Source of the DNA: Chrysomallon squamiferum
Lineage: Eukaryota; Animalia; Mollusca
Length of the DNA: 64,000 nucleotides
Direction: 5' to 3'
Assembly: GCA_012295275.1 (NCBI GenBank)
Contig: CM022670.1
Location: 124,001 to 188,000, forward strand
Shown: piece by piece, positions 24,474 through 40,164 of the stretch
Layout of the letters: each line of letters starts with the position of its first letter
Numbering within the stretch: the stretch's first letter is position 1
Made by a program: the position numbers and the translations under genes
Notes under the pieces: model-generated
Seen by the model: only the letters and a program-made list of their open reading frames with translations
Database searches by the model: none
Told to the model about the DNA's origin: nothing

Positions 24474-27462
24474 AAAAACATCACTAGCACACAGATACAC
24501 TCAAAAACAGAAATACACAGTCTGATATTAAATGTCCTTTTTATAACTGTTGAAAACACAAGTAACTCTGGATAGTTTCAAAAGAAAATGGTTTATTAAA
24601 TAATTCCAGTCAGTGCTTCATATTACACAAAAATTTATGTTACATACTTTCCTGTTTATGTATGTTTAAAGATTCCTCACAGTTAATCAGTAAGAATAAT
24701 CCACTCAATGCTAGCATTGGATGTCCTCTCAAATATCAGTTTACAAGTATGTGTGTGTGTGTGTGTGTCTGTGATACTGAACCATGTTCACGATTCATTA
24801 AACCAACATTGATTCATTTGTTTTCAGATAGAAAGTAAATAATTCTACAAACTGCTTTTGAATATTTCAGAAGTCCAGTGACATAAACCAATAAGTTTAC
24901 AATTTCATTTTTTTATTTTTGTTTGCTTTCTTCATTTTTTAACACTACCTCTAGACTATTAATCTAATATTTTAATGCAAACATGGCAGATTCATTAATA
25001 TTGTGAAATATTTTAATTTCAGTTTTTAATTTGTCATGTCACAAATCAGTACACAGAGTGCACTTGTTTGTGGCTTGTTGTCACATTGTACTGAAAAACT
25101 TATTAGTTTTTCAAAAATATCAATCCACGATCTGCTGAGATGATGAGAAAAGTTTGATAGGGAATGGATATAACATTTGTCAGACAATTTGATCAAGATT
25201 ATTTTTCTAATTTGTTAACCTCTGAGAAGAGAAAAATGTTCTGGTTTTGTGCTAGTCTCAACGGAAGCTGAAGTTTCTAATTTAAATTTCATTAATAAAT
25301 TATTTGATAGTAATTGTACAAATCTCATGTGTTACTGAAATTAACATTTCGAGGACATCATGTGGTTTAAAAGTTTCTTTGTGGAAATAGAATTCAAGCA
25401 AAAATCAGATGGATATTTCAGAAGGAAGTTAGCATTTTTTCGTTATTAATTATTAAAATTTGAAATTAACAATTAGTGAAATAAAAAATAAATAAATAAA
25501 AACATAACACTACGATTTTCATACAATTAATTTTTTTAATAACATTTTTAGATTTTTTATGTCTATTTAAATTTATTTCATTTCAAAAGAATTAATATTT
25601 AATGAAAAATTAAATTTGGATGTTATAATTACACATCACTGTTAGACAAATAAATCAACAATATCCAAACATGTAATTACTGAATGAATAATAGACACAC
25701 ACATACTCGCTTTCTATCTGTCTCTCTCGACATAGACACATACCCTCATATGTAAACAAAAAGAGATACTTGAACTCATAGAGATAAATGCACACTGACA
25801 AACATTTCTGAGATTAAGAAAATTCATTAATAGAAAATAAGTTTAGAAATTAGTTCAAATCTTTAGATAAAATGAAAAAGTTATTACTTCTGTAATGAAG
25901 TTATATCTCTGATTTCATTATCAATATAAATTATTTATATTTTAAACTCATAAATTTATTAAAGACCAAACCCAGAGTTCAAATATCAGATCTTCCTTTA
26001 AAGTTCTTTAATCAAATAAATATTTCTTGTATAAAGACTACAAGCAAACTAAACAAATAACATTTCAAATAATTATACAGTTTTCCTCTAAAACTACTAA
26101 AGTATAATGTCAAATAATTATAAACTTTGTCTCCAAAATTAGCCAAACAAAACTAGAATTTCAAATACAATACTACCATCTTTAAAAGTTGTTCTGACCA
26201 TGAATCAAACAATAATTTGAAATAAAAGTGACAAGGAATAAATCAACTCAGATTTTAATTGTTTAAAGTTCAAGTCAGCCATTGTTATATTCATGAAGAG
26301 CGTCTCTGTGCATGAGTTAACATAAACATGACAGTCAGTTATATTAACATACATATTGGTCACAGGAAATGAGAAGCAAGGTCATGTACAACAGCTTGAA
26401 GGAAAGCAGCAGCTTTTTAATTGTAATGTCCCATGAGAACAGACGACATTTTCTGTTGACAATTTCACAACATCGTTTGCCAAGCCTAAATCCAGTTCCT
26501 GCAATAATCAGCTAGGTAGATCATGTTTCTTTTAATCTGCAATACCATTCCAGTAAAGGAAACAATTGATCTCTCCCAGTCATATCACAGCCAATAATTA
26601 ATTTCCTAGCTCCCCTCAAAAAAAGGAAAAAAGAAAAATTAAAAAGAACTGATGCCAAATGTCAGCGACTGGATTTCTCAGCCAAACTGCACAGATATGT
26701 TATTTCACACTGAGGCATGACTGACTGAAAAGACGTAGCTAGTTTGTGAGATGAGTTTAGTCTGGGTTAATATTCTTCTGCTGTTTTAACACTCAGACTG
26801 TCTCTCTGCAAACACTGTAGACTTCCAGGGTCACATCCTCCACCCAGTGATTCACGTTATACATCTCCTCAATATCCATCATAACGTGTCTGCCTGCTGT
26901 TATTAAAAAGGTATTTTTTAACGTCTGAGTACGATAATTAAATAGACGGGATACGTCTATATGAACACGTTCAAAAGTGTTTGGTTTTTGGTAAAGTTCT
27001 GGCATGTTCTTCATCAGGAAAGTAAACATAAGGAAACTGATTTGAAAGCATATCGATCTGATTAATAATAAGAAATCAGTTTGAGTAAATCTCTGTAGAG
27101 ATTGTTCATCAGTGTTTGGTCATGACCAGTCTCAGGGGTACTGAGGTTAAGTCACCAGATTTGAAACTGACTGATACTGGGATGAAATCAATATTATGAC
27201 AGGTAGTATCTCTTAAACATTAACCTAAATGTTGTTATTTATTTTTTTATTTTTTTTTTTTTTTTTTTTTTTTTTAACTAACATTAGTTTTTGCTATACA
27301 AAATGGTCATTCTCATTCCCTAGTTCTTATTCAAGAAATTCACTCCACATTCTATTTAAATCACTTTAGCATTTCTCTAATATTCTATATAATCGCCTTT
27401 CTAGTCATTCTTTGACTATATAATCATACTCACTGCCTCATGATTTGCTGATTTCTATATCG

Positions 27463-27568
27463 TTGTATCTTAGATATTTTTAGATGTGTCTAATAGTTGT
27501 ATTTTAGACATTTTAAATGTGTCATAACAGCTGTACCTGAGACATTTTAGAAGCATGATAACAATTGT
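27463..27568. repeat. Degenerate ~33-bp tandem repeat, 3 copies
   Basis: ttgtatcttagatatttttagatgtgtc / ttgtattttagacattttaaatgtgtc / ctgtacctgagacattttagaagcatg. Confidence 0.6.
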
Positions 27569-28229
27569 AATAGAACCAGTTTATTCTTCTTGTGACCAGT
27601 CTAATTTTCTGATTCTGGCCTTTGCTTTGTTTCTAATCTAATCACAGTGACACCACTGGGAGTAGTGAAAAAAAAAGTTTTATTTATTATTTTTTATGGA
27701 TGTTGAATGAGTATATAACTGAAAGTTTAAAAATAAATAAAAAATAAATGAATAAATAAAGTTAATAAGTCCACCAAAATTAAATGACATGTTCTTCTCT
27801 TTCCAGTTTTTAACAAATTTCAGGACATATTAAACTTTATATATTGCATAATAACCAAATTTCAGGCTCGATTAAGGGTTATTATTTCCGTCTTGACATT
27901 ATTAATATCTCATTTTTAACTGAAATTAACTTAACTCAGTCTGGTGGAGAATGATATTCCAACATTAATTTGTTATGTGGCTCTTTAATTTCAATAAAAC
28001 TGTCAGGATGCAAGATTCTCACAGTTGTTAAAAATGAAGTAATTCTTTTGTTCTTCTCAAAGAAAATCATTTAAGAATAAAATATGAATGAAAGGAGATG
28101 ATAATTTATTTGGAATGTTCGCTCGGATGTAACAATTAGTTTGAAACGATTTTGTCTTCAGATTCTTCTTGTCGTGGACATGTAACCCAGAACATGAGAG
28201 CAATAATTGAAGAAATGGTGTATTAATTC

Positions 28230-28761
28230 TGTGATGTCACTGTTGCTGATGTTGATGGTGCTGATGTTAATATTGTAGTTATTACTGGAGTTGAAGCTGA
28301 TGCTGGTGTTAATTCATTGTTGTTGTTGTTTTGATTACTTTAAGAGGAGATGTAATAATTTCATGGCATTGTTGTAGTTCTTATTTGTGTTTGTGGTGTT
28401 GATGTCACTGGTGCTGTTGTTATGATATTGTGATTTAATGTTGTTTGTGTTGATGTTAATTTCATTTGATTTAAAGCTGTAGATTAACTGAAGAGGTGGT
28501 ATGTTTTATTATGTCTCTGTAGCTTATGTTAATGGTTATGGTATTCTGAGTTAATTTAAGAGGGTTTTTGTTTTCTTGTTTTGTTTTATATTGCTTTATA
28601 ATTCTTCTATTTATTATGTTGTTGATGGTGGTGATAGCATTATTGATATTGCTGGTGTTGTTATTTGTCATGAACCCATGAACCCAGAACCATAAATAAC
28701 AAAAGCAATAACAGTTAGAATAGTAATAATAATAATAATTACAACAACAACAACATGACAA

Positions 28762-28812
<51 letters not shown>
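28230..28812. repeat. Degenerate GTT/GAT/AAT trinucleotide low-complexity tract ending in (AAT)n
   Basis: Visible trinucleotide periodicity. Confidence 0.75.
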
Positions 28813-28817
<5 letters not shown>

Positions 28818-29699
28818 ATATAGTTTTGAATATTTATTTTATTATTATTTCTTCTTATTATTATCAATGGAATGATATTCAACATCATGAAAATTAACAT
28901 ATCTTTATCCAGTATTAACTTCCTCACACAAAGGCACTGAAAACAAAATAATTTAATATTTTCACAAAAATTCTCCTCTATTAATGATTCATCTTGTCAA
29001 AGTTATTTAAACATTTCAAAATTTTAATACATTAATGAGTTATGAAAGAGTTAATTTGGCTCATCAAAGCAAGCTTACTCACAAGATTTGTCATTTTGTA
29101 GCTGATTATATTACTAATTTTGTGTGTTTGAGAAATAACCCTAACAGGTGTATGATGCAATCTGGTCTGTTTGATATCACCTAATGTGTATTTAACAATC
29201 AAAATAGTAGTAATTAAAATCTCTTATAGCTTTAATATCTTTTTTCTTTTATTTTCTGGATATTTTATTGGAGAGTGGAGAACAAAGATTGCCTTTTTAG
29301 CATTTTTATTTGTTTATGTTTTTATTTAATTATTTTTTTTAAATTTATTGCTGTTGGGTTTTTCTGGTGGGGTTTGTTGGTTTCTTGGGGGTTTTTTTTA
29401 GTTTTTTTTTATTATTATTATTTTTCTTTTTTATTTAATTGAATTTGGTTTTTTTTTTGTTTTTTTTTGTTTTTTTTTTCAGGGTGTTTGCTTTTTGTTT
29501 TTATGTTTCTTTAATTTTATTCTTTCCCTATATTTATTTTTTATTTTAGATTTAAGCTATTATTTTTAAATTACTATTAATATTTAATTTTTAAATATTT
29601 TTAATTTTTATTATACTTTTCCACATATGTACATTTAATACATTAAAATACATTTTCTATATAAAAAAATATATGATTGATACAATTACAAGTACAATT

Positions 29700-30543
29700 A
29701 TGCAACATACACATATTATACAAACACTGACATACACACATAGTATACAAACACTGCAATACACACATATTATACAAACACTGACATACACACATAATAT
29801 ACAAACACTGATATATATACATAGTATAACAAACACTAATATATATACATAGTATACAAACACTGACATACACACATAGTATACAAACACTGACATACAC
29901 ACATAGTATAAAACACTGCAATACATACATAGTATACAAACACTGACATACACACATAATATACAAACACTGACATACACACATAGTATAAAACACTGCA
30001 ATACACACATAATATACAAACACTGACATACACACATAGTATACAAACACTGACATACACACATAGTATAAAACACTGCAATACATACATAGTATACAAA
30101 CACTGACATACACACATAATATACAAACACTGACATACACACATAGTATACAAACACTGATATAAATACACAGTATACAAACTGCTATACACACAGTGTA
30201 CTAACACTGATATATATATACATAGAATAACAAACACTAATATATATACATAGTATACAAACACTGATATATATATATACATAGAATAACAAACACTAAT
30301 ATATATACATAGTATACAAACACTGACATACACACATAATATACAAACACTGATATACACACACATAGTATACAAACACTGCAATACACACATATTATAC
30401 AAACACTGATATACACACACACAATGTACAAACACTGACATATACACATAGTATACAAACTGATATATACACATAGTATACAAACACTGATATATACACA
30501 TAGTATACAAACACTGATATATATATACATAGTATAACAAACA

Positions 30544-30582
<39 letters not shown>

Positions 30583-31192
30583 ATATATATATATACATAG
30601 TATACAAACACTGATCTACATATACATAGTAAACAAACACTGATATATATATATATATACAACACATATATATACAAACAAACACTGATATATATACATA
30701 GTATACAAACATTGATATATATACATAGTATACAAACACTGATATACACACATAGTATACAAACTGATATATACACATAGTATACAAACTGATATATACA
30801 CATAGTATACAAACACTGATATATATATACACATAGTATACAAACACTGATACATACACATTGTTTACAAACACTGATATATATACACACATAATATACA
30901 CACACTGATATGTATACATAGTGTACAAACACTGATATACATACATAGTGTACAAACACTGATATATATACAAACACTGATACATACACATAGTATACAA
31001 ACACTGATACATACACATTGTTTACAAACACTGATATATATACACACATAATATACACACACTGATACATACACATAGTCTACAAATACTGATATACATA
31101 CATAATGTATAAACACTGATATACACACATAGTGTACAAACACTAATATATATATATATATATATATATAGTATACAAAACACTAATATACA
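29700..31192. repeat. 27-bp minisatellite (ACATAGTATACAAACACTGACATACAC) with internal (AT)n expansions
   Basis: ctg recurs at 29863 and 29890; the 9-aa periodic ORFs (CILCVYVSV) are its translation. Confidence 0.95.
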
Positions 31193-31571
31193 TAATGGCT
31201 GTGCATATACATGTATGTCATAGAGCAATTAATCTAAATTTGCATTTCCAGTACTTTTTTCTTATCACTAAACATTTTATCACAAAGCTAAATATTTAGT
31301 AACTAAGATACTGTTTCACTACAATGTTTCAAACTAACTTGTCTGACATAAATACAAATTACTGTGCACAAAGGATCATTCTTTATGTCTGCAAAATAAA
31401 TACCCAAGAGTTAAATAAAAGACACATTTTTATGTAATCTACAGACAAGAACTTTTTTTTTTCCTAAGAGACCAAAATATATAGCAGATAAACATGACTG
31501 TACATAAAATAAAATAAGAAAAAACAAAATGATAGCCAGATTTATAAAACATATCTGTGAGTATTGTTATA

Positions 31572-31917
<346 letters not shown>

Positions 31918-32984
31918 TAAAGAAAAGCAGAAAGAAAACTGTTGGGGTACATGTAATTAGATAAAAGTCATAGACTCACTTAAACATACAGAATATATAT
32001 ACTTTTATAATAATGAATATTTTACAAATTATTATACACACATATTTATACTTAGTGTATTACTTTGTAGAGCAGTTTACACACATCTCTGTGGGCCTGA
32101 CTGTTTTATTTTTTAATGAATTCTGTCTTTGTTAACAGAATCTATGAAAACACACAGAGGGTACCATGTTGTGTCATAAATAGAAAAGTATGACAAATGT
32201 AAGAGACAAATACAGAAAAAATATAATACTTCACTTATTATCATCTGTTTACCTTTATTTATTTGTATTCCTTTATTACATTGTTGTTGTTGTCATAATT
32301 ACTGTTGTTATTATTGTTATTATTACTGTTGTTATTATTGTTATTATTACTGTTGTTATAGTTGTTATTATTACTGTTGTTACTGTTGTTGTAGTTAGTT
32401 GTTATTGTAGCAGTAGTAGGGTGAGAAATTTAGTACTGTCATTCTGATAAATATCATTAATTATTGTTAAGATTAAGATTATTATTATTATTATTTTCAT
32501 CATCATCATCACCATCATCTCATTATCATCAACACCATTACTCCCATCATTATTTGTACTTTAATTATTATATTTTTCATTTTTTTTAATTTCTGACACA
32601 CTGACACCCAGTATGGTTATTAACTTTTTCAAATATTGATACGAGCCGTGGCATAAAATGTATAATTATACCTCTGTGTCATTCCATGTTCACTGTCAGC
32701 TGCTGGTTTCAAGTAATTGGAAAGTTGACACCCAAATAAAGTTTGCTTAACTAATTATCTCCAGCAAGCCATTCTCTGCCTTTGTGAAGCTAACAAAATA
32801 TTGAATTTTTTTTTTTTTTTTTTTTTTGCTCTTTTTTATTTTTTTATATTTTCATTAGCAAAGAGATTGTCTAATTAAATATGAACACTGACGTGCTTAG
32901 TTGGCTGTGTCCATCCTGGAAGGAAAGGTAACTATGTTTTATGTTGTGTATTTCTTTGAGAAAGTAGTGCTGGCTTGTTAGGGT

Positions 32985-32985
<1 letters not shown>

Positions 32986-33062
<77 letters not shown>
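32986..33062. repeat. (GT)n microsatellite
   Basis: Seen directly. Confidence 0.97.
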
Positions 33063-36000
33063 TTGTGATTAAGAGAGAAAAAGATATTAATATTTGTTTG
33101 TGATTACTGGTGTAAAATGAAATTATATTAATTGTTTTTCTGTGTATACTGGTGTGTGTTTGCAGATAAACTTGTTTTTCTGTGTATATTAGTATGTGTT
33201 TGCTAATAATTACATGTGTGGGACTGTGTGAATGGATTTGTGTGTGTGTGTGTGTGTGTACTATAAGTTCTCTCCAATCATACCACTCAGTCTTTTATAT
33301 TGTCTGGTCACAACATACTTGCTACCTTCTCTGCATATACATGTGTATGTGTTTAGTGTGTGTGTTTGTGCGTGTGCATTTATATGTATATATATATTAA
33401 ATGTTGGCTGATTATGTGTTAATATTGCATTTATTTGTATATAAAATTTATTTAATTGTGAAATATTAGATGCAATGAACCAATGGAATTATTCCTGGGC
33501 ATGAAACTATGAAGACCCGTGGTACATATTTGTGCAAACCTGTCTATATGGTTTTCTCTTTTGTGTATCATTAATGGGCTTTTTCTGCGTTTTCTTGGTT
33601 ATTCAGACATTGTCAATGGTCTAAATAGCAAATTATTCAGTGAATGTGAATTGTATTACATTAGCTATATTCATTATTATTACACAAATGTACACACATG
33701 CAAACACAAACATATCCTCACACACATACACACATCACATATGTATGCAAGCAGATGAAAAGAAGTTATAACACTGTATAGACAATTTTTTTCAGAGATT
33801 TGGTTAACATTTATTTTTTTTCTGAATTAAAACTGTGCTCCTCACACAGACATCAGCTGAGAGGACACAACAAACCACAGACTTCCCAGCCATTCAACTG
33901 ATGTTCTTTAAGAGTAGTCACTATTCAAATAATATAACTTTTATATTGTCAACATTATTGCCTTACATGAAAAACATCTATAAAATATCTTTACAACTAG
34001 TTTTCTACAATAATAAAAAGTAAAAAAAAAAAAATTCTGATTTAATATTCTTATCAAAAATTAAACAAAAAAACAAAAAAAAACAAAGGAAAGAAGGATG
34101 GCAAAAGAAATTTTCAATAGTATTAGTTTTTTTAAAATACTGAAGCTGATATTGTATGCATCAGTATTTATGCATTCACAGAACAACTGCAAAAAGAAAG
34201 ATTAAAAATATATATCAAAGAAAAAAAAAGGTAAGAAAAAGAAGAAAAAAAGAGGAAGCATTAGTTGCATCTATATATCTGAATTCATCCATGTTTCCAA
34301 GGGGAAACAAAATCTTTAAAATGTTATACTGAACAAAAAATAGCTGTTTTAATTATTAATACACAAACTACCATCCATGTCTAAAACATACATACATACA
34401 CACAAATATATATATATACCATCTCACTCAAAGAATTTCTTATAACATCAATAATTATAATAAAAATAATGATGATGATGATGGTAATAATAATCATGAT
34501 CTTAATTATCGTAATAACAAAATAATAATAATGATAATATGATAATGATAATAACAACAAAAACAACAAAAAGAATATTTAACAAATACAATAAATAAAA
34601 ACAAGAACAAAATTGGAATACTGGAGTCAGTTTACTTTCCATACAGTGATCCATTTTACCACTTCACATCTCACAAACTTCCTGTATCATTTTCTATGCA
34701 TTACTAACTTCATTCTACGCATCATGCTGCTTAATGATGTATTTTCCAATATTATCTCCTTTTTTTTTCTTTCTTTTTTATCATTCTCTCTTTCTGAGAC
34801 AATTTAATTAGATAGAACTAATACTGGTCACAAGGTCTTTGCAGACAATTCAAACGTCATCCAGGCCCTGTCATATCGAGTTTCTTATCTACATGGAAAA
34901 TCATGCAATATTTATATCTCTCTGTGGCCAGCCAAGTTCAGATGGCTTTTGCAATGATCCCCTGTAGTTTCTGTTGGTGTAATTACAGACCTGGGATGAA
35001 AGATTCATAAAACAATATTCTCCATCTCCTCTGATTATCATCTAACTTGCGCTGGGGAGTTGTAGGTTTTGACGTTTTTAGCTGAATGCAGACCGAAGAT
35101 AACACCGAACAAACCCACTGTAAAAGTTTAACCTTTATTCTCATATTTGTTTTGTTTTATTTATTTAGTAGTTTTTATTTAATTTCTGATTATTATTACA
35201 TTTATTATTACTGCTACTATCATCACCACCACTATGACAACTACTATTACTACTGTTACTACTGACTTTATTAAAAACTTCATTAGTTGTGATAGTAGTA
35301 GTTGTAGCAGTAGTAATAATCCATTCTGTTTGGACAAAAAAAAAAAAGGAAAAAAAAAGAAGAAATTTCACAGTTGAAACGAGTAATAAAGAATAAGAAG
35401 AGAAAATAAATTTTAATTTGATGACAGTTTGTCATTGTAATTTAATATTTAGTTGTTTTCTCATCTGCACTGGATCCAGTTACATTTTCAAACCAGAATA
35501 ACTTAAATTTATTTTTTAACGTGTGACCTGCATGGATAAAAGGTACATAAAGTATTTAGTGTGGGGACATACTTTTTGTTTTACATTTTAGATATTCAGT
35601 AAAAAAAAAAAAAAAAAAAAACACAAGCAACAATGTGTTTTAAAAAGATATCAGTTTGCAAGTTGTGAAATTATTTAATTTTAAAGCCCACTGTTAACAT
35701 TTAACATTTTTAGAATGTTAAAGTTAGGTTTTACATACAGGACCACAATTAGAAATTAAAAAAATTTGATATCATATTAGATAGAGTAAAATACTGTATA
35801 AAAAGAATTTAATAACAGAAAACTGAAATTGTAAAATATAGATGCAACTTATTCTGAGTTACTTTATATGCCTTTTATAGAAACAGGTCGGATAGCACAG
35901 ACTGAAAGAACTCACATTAACCTTAATTTTTTTTTACCTAATGACAAGCATTTTTATTTTTCTTTTTTTTTTTTTTTTAGCTCATAATCTTTTATGATGA

Positions 36001-36474
36001 ATCTCAGTAGAGAATTCATAACATTAATCTGTCTGCTGTCTGTCTGTCTGTCTTTCCTTCCACCATCCATCATGTTTTGAAGTTTAAAAAAAAAAAAAAA
36101 TTCCTTTAATTAGATATGATTTCAAATGATGTCTTTTCTGTCTTAGAAAAAAAGAAAAAAAGACTATTTTATATTATAAATTTGTTTTAATTATTTTTAT
36201 ACTTTTCTTTACACTTCAGTTCACTTCATTACATTCACTTGATTTGTACTTAGTACACTTCAGATAAATATGATTTCATTTGATTTGTTTCGTTCAATTT
36301 AGTGTATTTGTCTGGTGTTCATTTTATATTTTCTGTTTGCTCTATTGTATTCTGTTATTTATTACATTCTTGACATTTAAGAAAGTAATTCTTATACATA
36401 TATATACATAATTGTTTTGAATTACTTCTGAGAGCAAATAGAACATTTTAGATGTGTACATTAGTATATTATAG

Positions 36475-36600
36475 GTAGCTTGTTAGCTAGTTAACAGTTT
36501 AACTGTTCAAAAGATCAATTCTTAGTATGCTCAGTGGGACTTTTCCTATTCCAAACAGTATATTTATGACAGGCTTTTACTGTCCATATGAAAGTGCAAT
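36475..36600 (+). mobile_element. Decayed SINE-like fragment
   Basis: gatcaattc...cagtgggacttttcctattccaaacagt shares the tttcccattccaa core with other copies. Confidence 0.4.
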
Positions 36601-36707
36601 TAAAAAATATTCCTACTGCTAACCTGTAAAAGAGGGCATGGAATAGCAGAATAAAAAAGTGGTGACACTGATCATTATTAATATTATGTTGTATATATAT
36701 TGGTATA

Positions 36708-36738
<31 letters not shown>

Positions 36739-37658
36739 TAAATCAGAGATGTTGATGATAAATATTATGTTGATTATTATGAAGGTTATTATGATAATAA
36801 TACATACAGGTAAATAATACATTGTTATAATTAAAAGAAATGGATTAATGATTTTTCTCTCTTTGAGTCTTTTTTCCCTTTCCAATAATTATCACGATAA
36901 CCCATAGAACTGCGAAAGTTCAGAAGTGGGTTTCCATATTTGGCAGCATCCATCTGTGATCTCTCTGACTGTCAGCTTTGATAAATTTGAACTTTTGAGT
37001 TCTAACATAATTCCACTGACAATGGTACACCAAGTAATATTAGTAGCTGAGTGACAGCAGCATTGTCTGACATCATCATTCTACCGATACGATGGCACCG
37101 TGCTCTTCAACATACAGCATCCTTAGGGACACAGACTCAGCCATTTGTGAGCAAATGAATTATTTTTCTCTGTCAGTGCTGGTTATGTAACATAATGGAA
37201 GATATTTTGTTAGTTTCTTTGTCTGTTGGTTGCATGTTCAGGAGGAGTTAAATACAGATGAACAGCACTTTATTTAAATAATTAATTTATTTGTCTCCAT
37301 TGTATTTTATGATACATGTATTTGTTTTTAATTTCCTCCACTTTAATTTGGAGCATTCGGGTCTTAGGGATGAATTTGTTCAAGTGTTGCATTGACGAGG
37401 TTCGCAGTCTCGATTACCGTATTGTCTTCATATTCGGTAATTTGTTCTTAATGCAATTTGTGAAAACAACAAAACATTTTAGTTTCATTTAAATGGATGA
37501 AACCTAGTGGTTGAATTGTTTCATTTATTTTTTAAGTATCAGCTGTTTCTAAGTTTGTTGAGGGAATTAAAAAGATGAGAAAAAGATTTTCATAATTACA
37601 CAAGAAATTTTCTCTAAATAATTAACATCACGTTTTTGTAATTTCTTTTCAAGAGTTT

Positions 37659-37710
<52 letters not shown>
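37659..37710. repeat. Poly(T) tract of about 50 nt
   Basis: Seen directly. Confidence 0.95.
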
Positions 37711-37713
<3 letters not shown>

Positions 37714-39214
37714 TGCGAGGAAAAAAGTAATTTAATCTTGAAATATCATTGGATTAGGGTAACATGGAATAAAACTTGTTTGTAATATCAGTCAGGGACT
37801 TTGTGCATGAAAGGCATGCTTAAACATCTGATTGTAAGAAGACTATACTTGCTCATATTTTATATAATTAATCTTTGTATCTAGACAATGATAAAACAGA
37901 GACATAAAGCCTACATGAATAGCTTTAACATATGTTATTAATTTCATGATTTCTGTTTCTTTGTTTTGTTTGTAGTTGGGAAATGAATGAAATGAAGAAT
38001 GAATAAGTAAATGAATAAAAGAATGAACCAGAAAATGAATTAATGAATAATTAAATAAAATTCTTATATCTTTTATATGAATATGTATTGTGTTTATGCA
38101 CAGTACAAAATTTTATAGGAAATTCATTGTTACCATTCCTATGACCTTCACTTAACAAACAGAAACAAGAAATTTTTCATTTGAATCTTCCCTTATACAG
38201 GAAAGAATATAAAATAGCCTCCAATACTCCATTTTTGGAGTACATATTGGAATGGGAGATTATCAATGAAATATTAAGGCAGATTTTGTGACATTTACAT
38301 CTGACGTAACAATTTATGATTCTGTTATAGACAGCGTAAGAGAATTTTATCTTTGATGAATTAAGCAATAATTCTTAACTGCAAAATTAGCTGATATTTG
38401 ATTTCACCTTTATGAAATAAATTTTTGCTAAAATGCTGCAATGAAGACATATGAGTCAACAAGGTCAGTATTTGGTCAACAAATAAGAAAATTACATACG
38501 AATATTTTGTGAATATTATTTCCACTTTTTTTTTTTAAAGAGCTAGAGTTCATATCTGACAGATTGGTTTTTTGATTCCACTGCAGCATCTCAGTAAACA
38601 TTTACCAATAACCTGACCCCAGCCTCATCTTCACATGTCCTCCCAGCTCATCAGCAAGCTTCCTGCAAATTGGTGCTTGTCGACAAAATGGAAATTTCAG
38701 AATATTGGAAATGTAATATATTTGACTGGGAATCTCTGATTAGTCCATACATCATATAAAAACTGGTTTACAAATACACTAACACATTGATTTTTCTGAT
38801 AAGAAGGAAGTGGAATTGCAGAGTGGAATATTGCACTCTCTGAGATGGCCCGAGTCATATTGGGTAATTTTTTAATGGCATCACCTTTCCATTTTGATGT
38901 CCTGGCCTCTGCTTCCTATCTGTGTAGATAAGATCTTGATTCTGGCGCCAGTCGCATTTCGAAGATGTTGTATGTAACCACAAATTTCCATACGCATTTA
39001 TTGTGCACCTTATCTTGATGGTTGTGTAAATTATGAAGCTTACTTCAGGCTTGAGAACATAACTGTCTGGCTTCAGCAATTTGTAGTTTTCAAAAGGAAG
39101 TTGTGATTCAGATTAAGAACTTAGCTGTGGTACTTAACTTTTAAAGTGATTAAATTGAACAAATCTACTTGACAAGTCTTGGAATTACTTTCAGATAATT
39201 TTTACACAAGCACT

Positions 39215-39400
39215 CTGTAAGTCAGTGGTAGATTTCTCAACTGAGGCATACAAGATCCGAGGATCTATTCTCTCTGGTTCACTTTCAAACTGTTTTGCCC
39301 ATTCCAATCAATATTAAATGATAATTTGATAAATTCTGGCTGTAACTTTTCCCACCCTATAGCAATAGAGTCTTAATAGACAAACTGTTTTATACTGTTG
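39215..39400 (+). mobile_element. Decayed tRNA-derived SINE-like copy
   Basis: tgtaagtcagtggtaga (A-box), ggatctattc (B-box-like), core ttttgcccattccaatc. Confidence 0.55.
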
Positions 39401-40164
39401 ATATAAAGCTGCATCAATTATTATATATATATTTCCATATCTTATTACACATATATGTACATTCATTTATTAGATAATAGGTTACAATTATTTAAAAATA
39501 ATTAGCAAAACACTAACTTGGGCAGACAAAAATTCTGATATTAGCAGAAGATATAAGCTTGATCCATATCTTGTTTAAACATCTATTAAATAGCTGGTTG
39601 ACAATAACACTTTAATGTTTCATGTGTTAAGTAATTAAATCAGTAAACTGAAATTAAAAAATTAAAAAGTACAGTCTTTCACTTTAGTCAAGAATCTATC
39701 CTTAAATCTTTAAATTTGAAAGCCTGACCAAACAAATTTCCTTTTCCTGTACCCACTATTTTATTCAATATCAATAAAATCAAGAAGTTAAATGGTACTT
39801 CCTTGAAAGAAAATAAAGATGGTTTCATTAAGTGTTGAATAATCCAAACCACTCTCACAGAGCAACTGCAATCACTCTGATAGCCTGCAATAGCACTGAA
39901 CAGAGGTGTCTTCATTAAGTATTAAACAATCCAAACATGGTTTTATTGTGGCACTTTGTGATAGTTTGTGGCATGCAGGTATGAGCAGAAATTTGAAAGC
40001 AGCAATAATACTAATTGAAAGATCTAATCAAACTAACAGAAGAAAGCTGAGATTCTCTTAGTTAAAGCTGCTGTATTGATTATCACATATTGAGAAGCAG
40101 AAAACAAGGACAGAGGAAGTTGATATCTATGATATATCATTCACTCATTCCAGCACCATGCTTT

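Noticed and set aside
26582-26592. TATCACAGCCA, identical to the 5' end of miR-2
   Set aside because: The sequence diverges after 11 nt and I see no complementary arm for a pre-miRNA hairpin.
39039-39130. Strong minus-strand donor GAA|GTAAGC with a short open frame
   Set aside because: No acceptor gives a stop-free exon in that frame and the peptide is unrecognisable.
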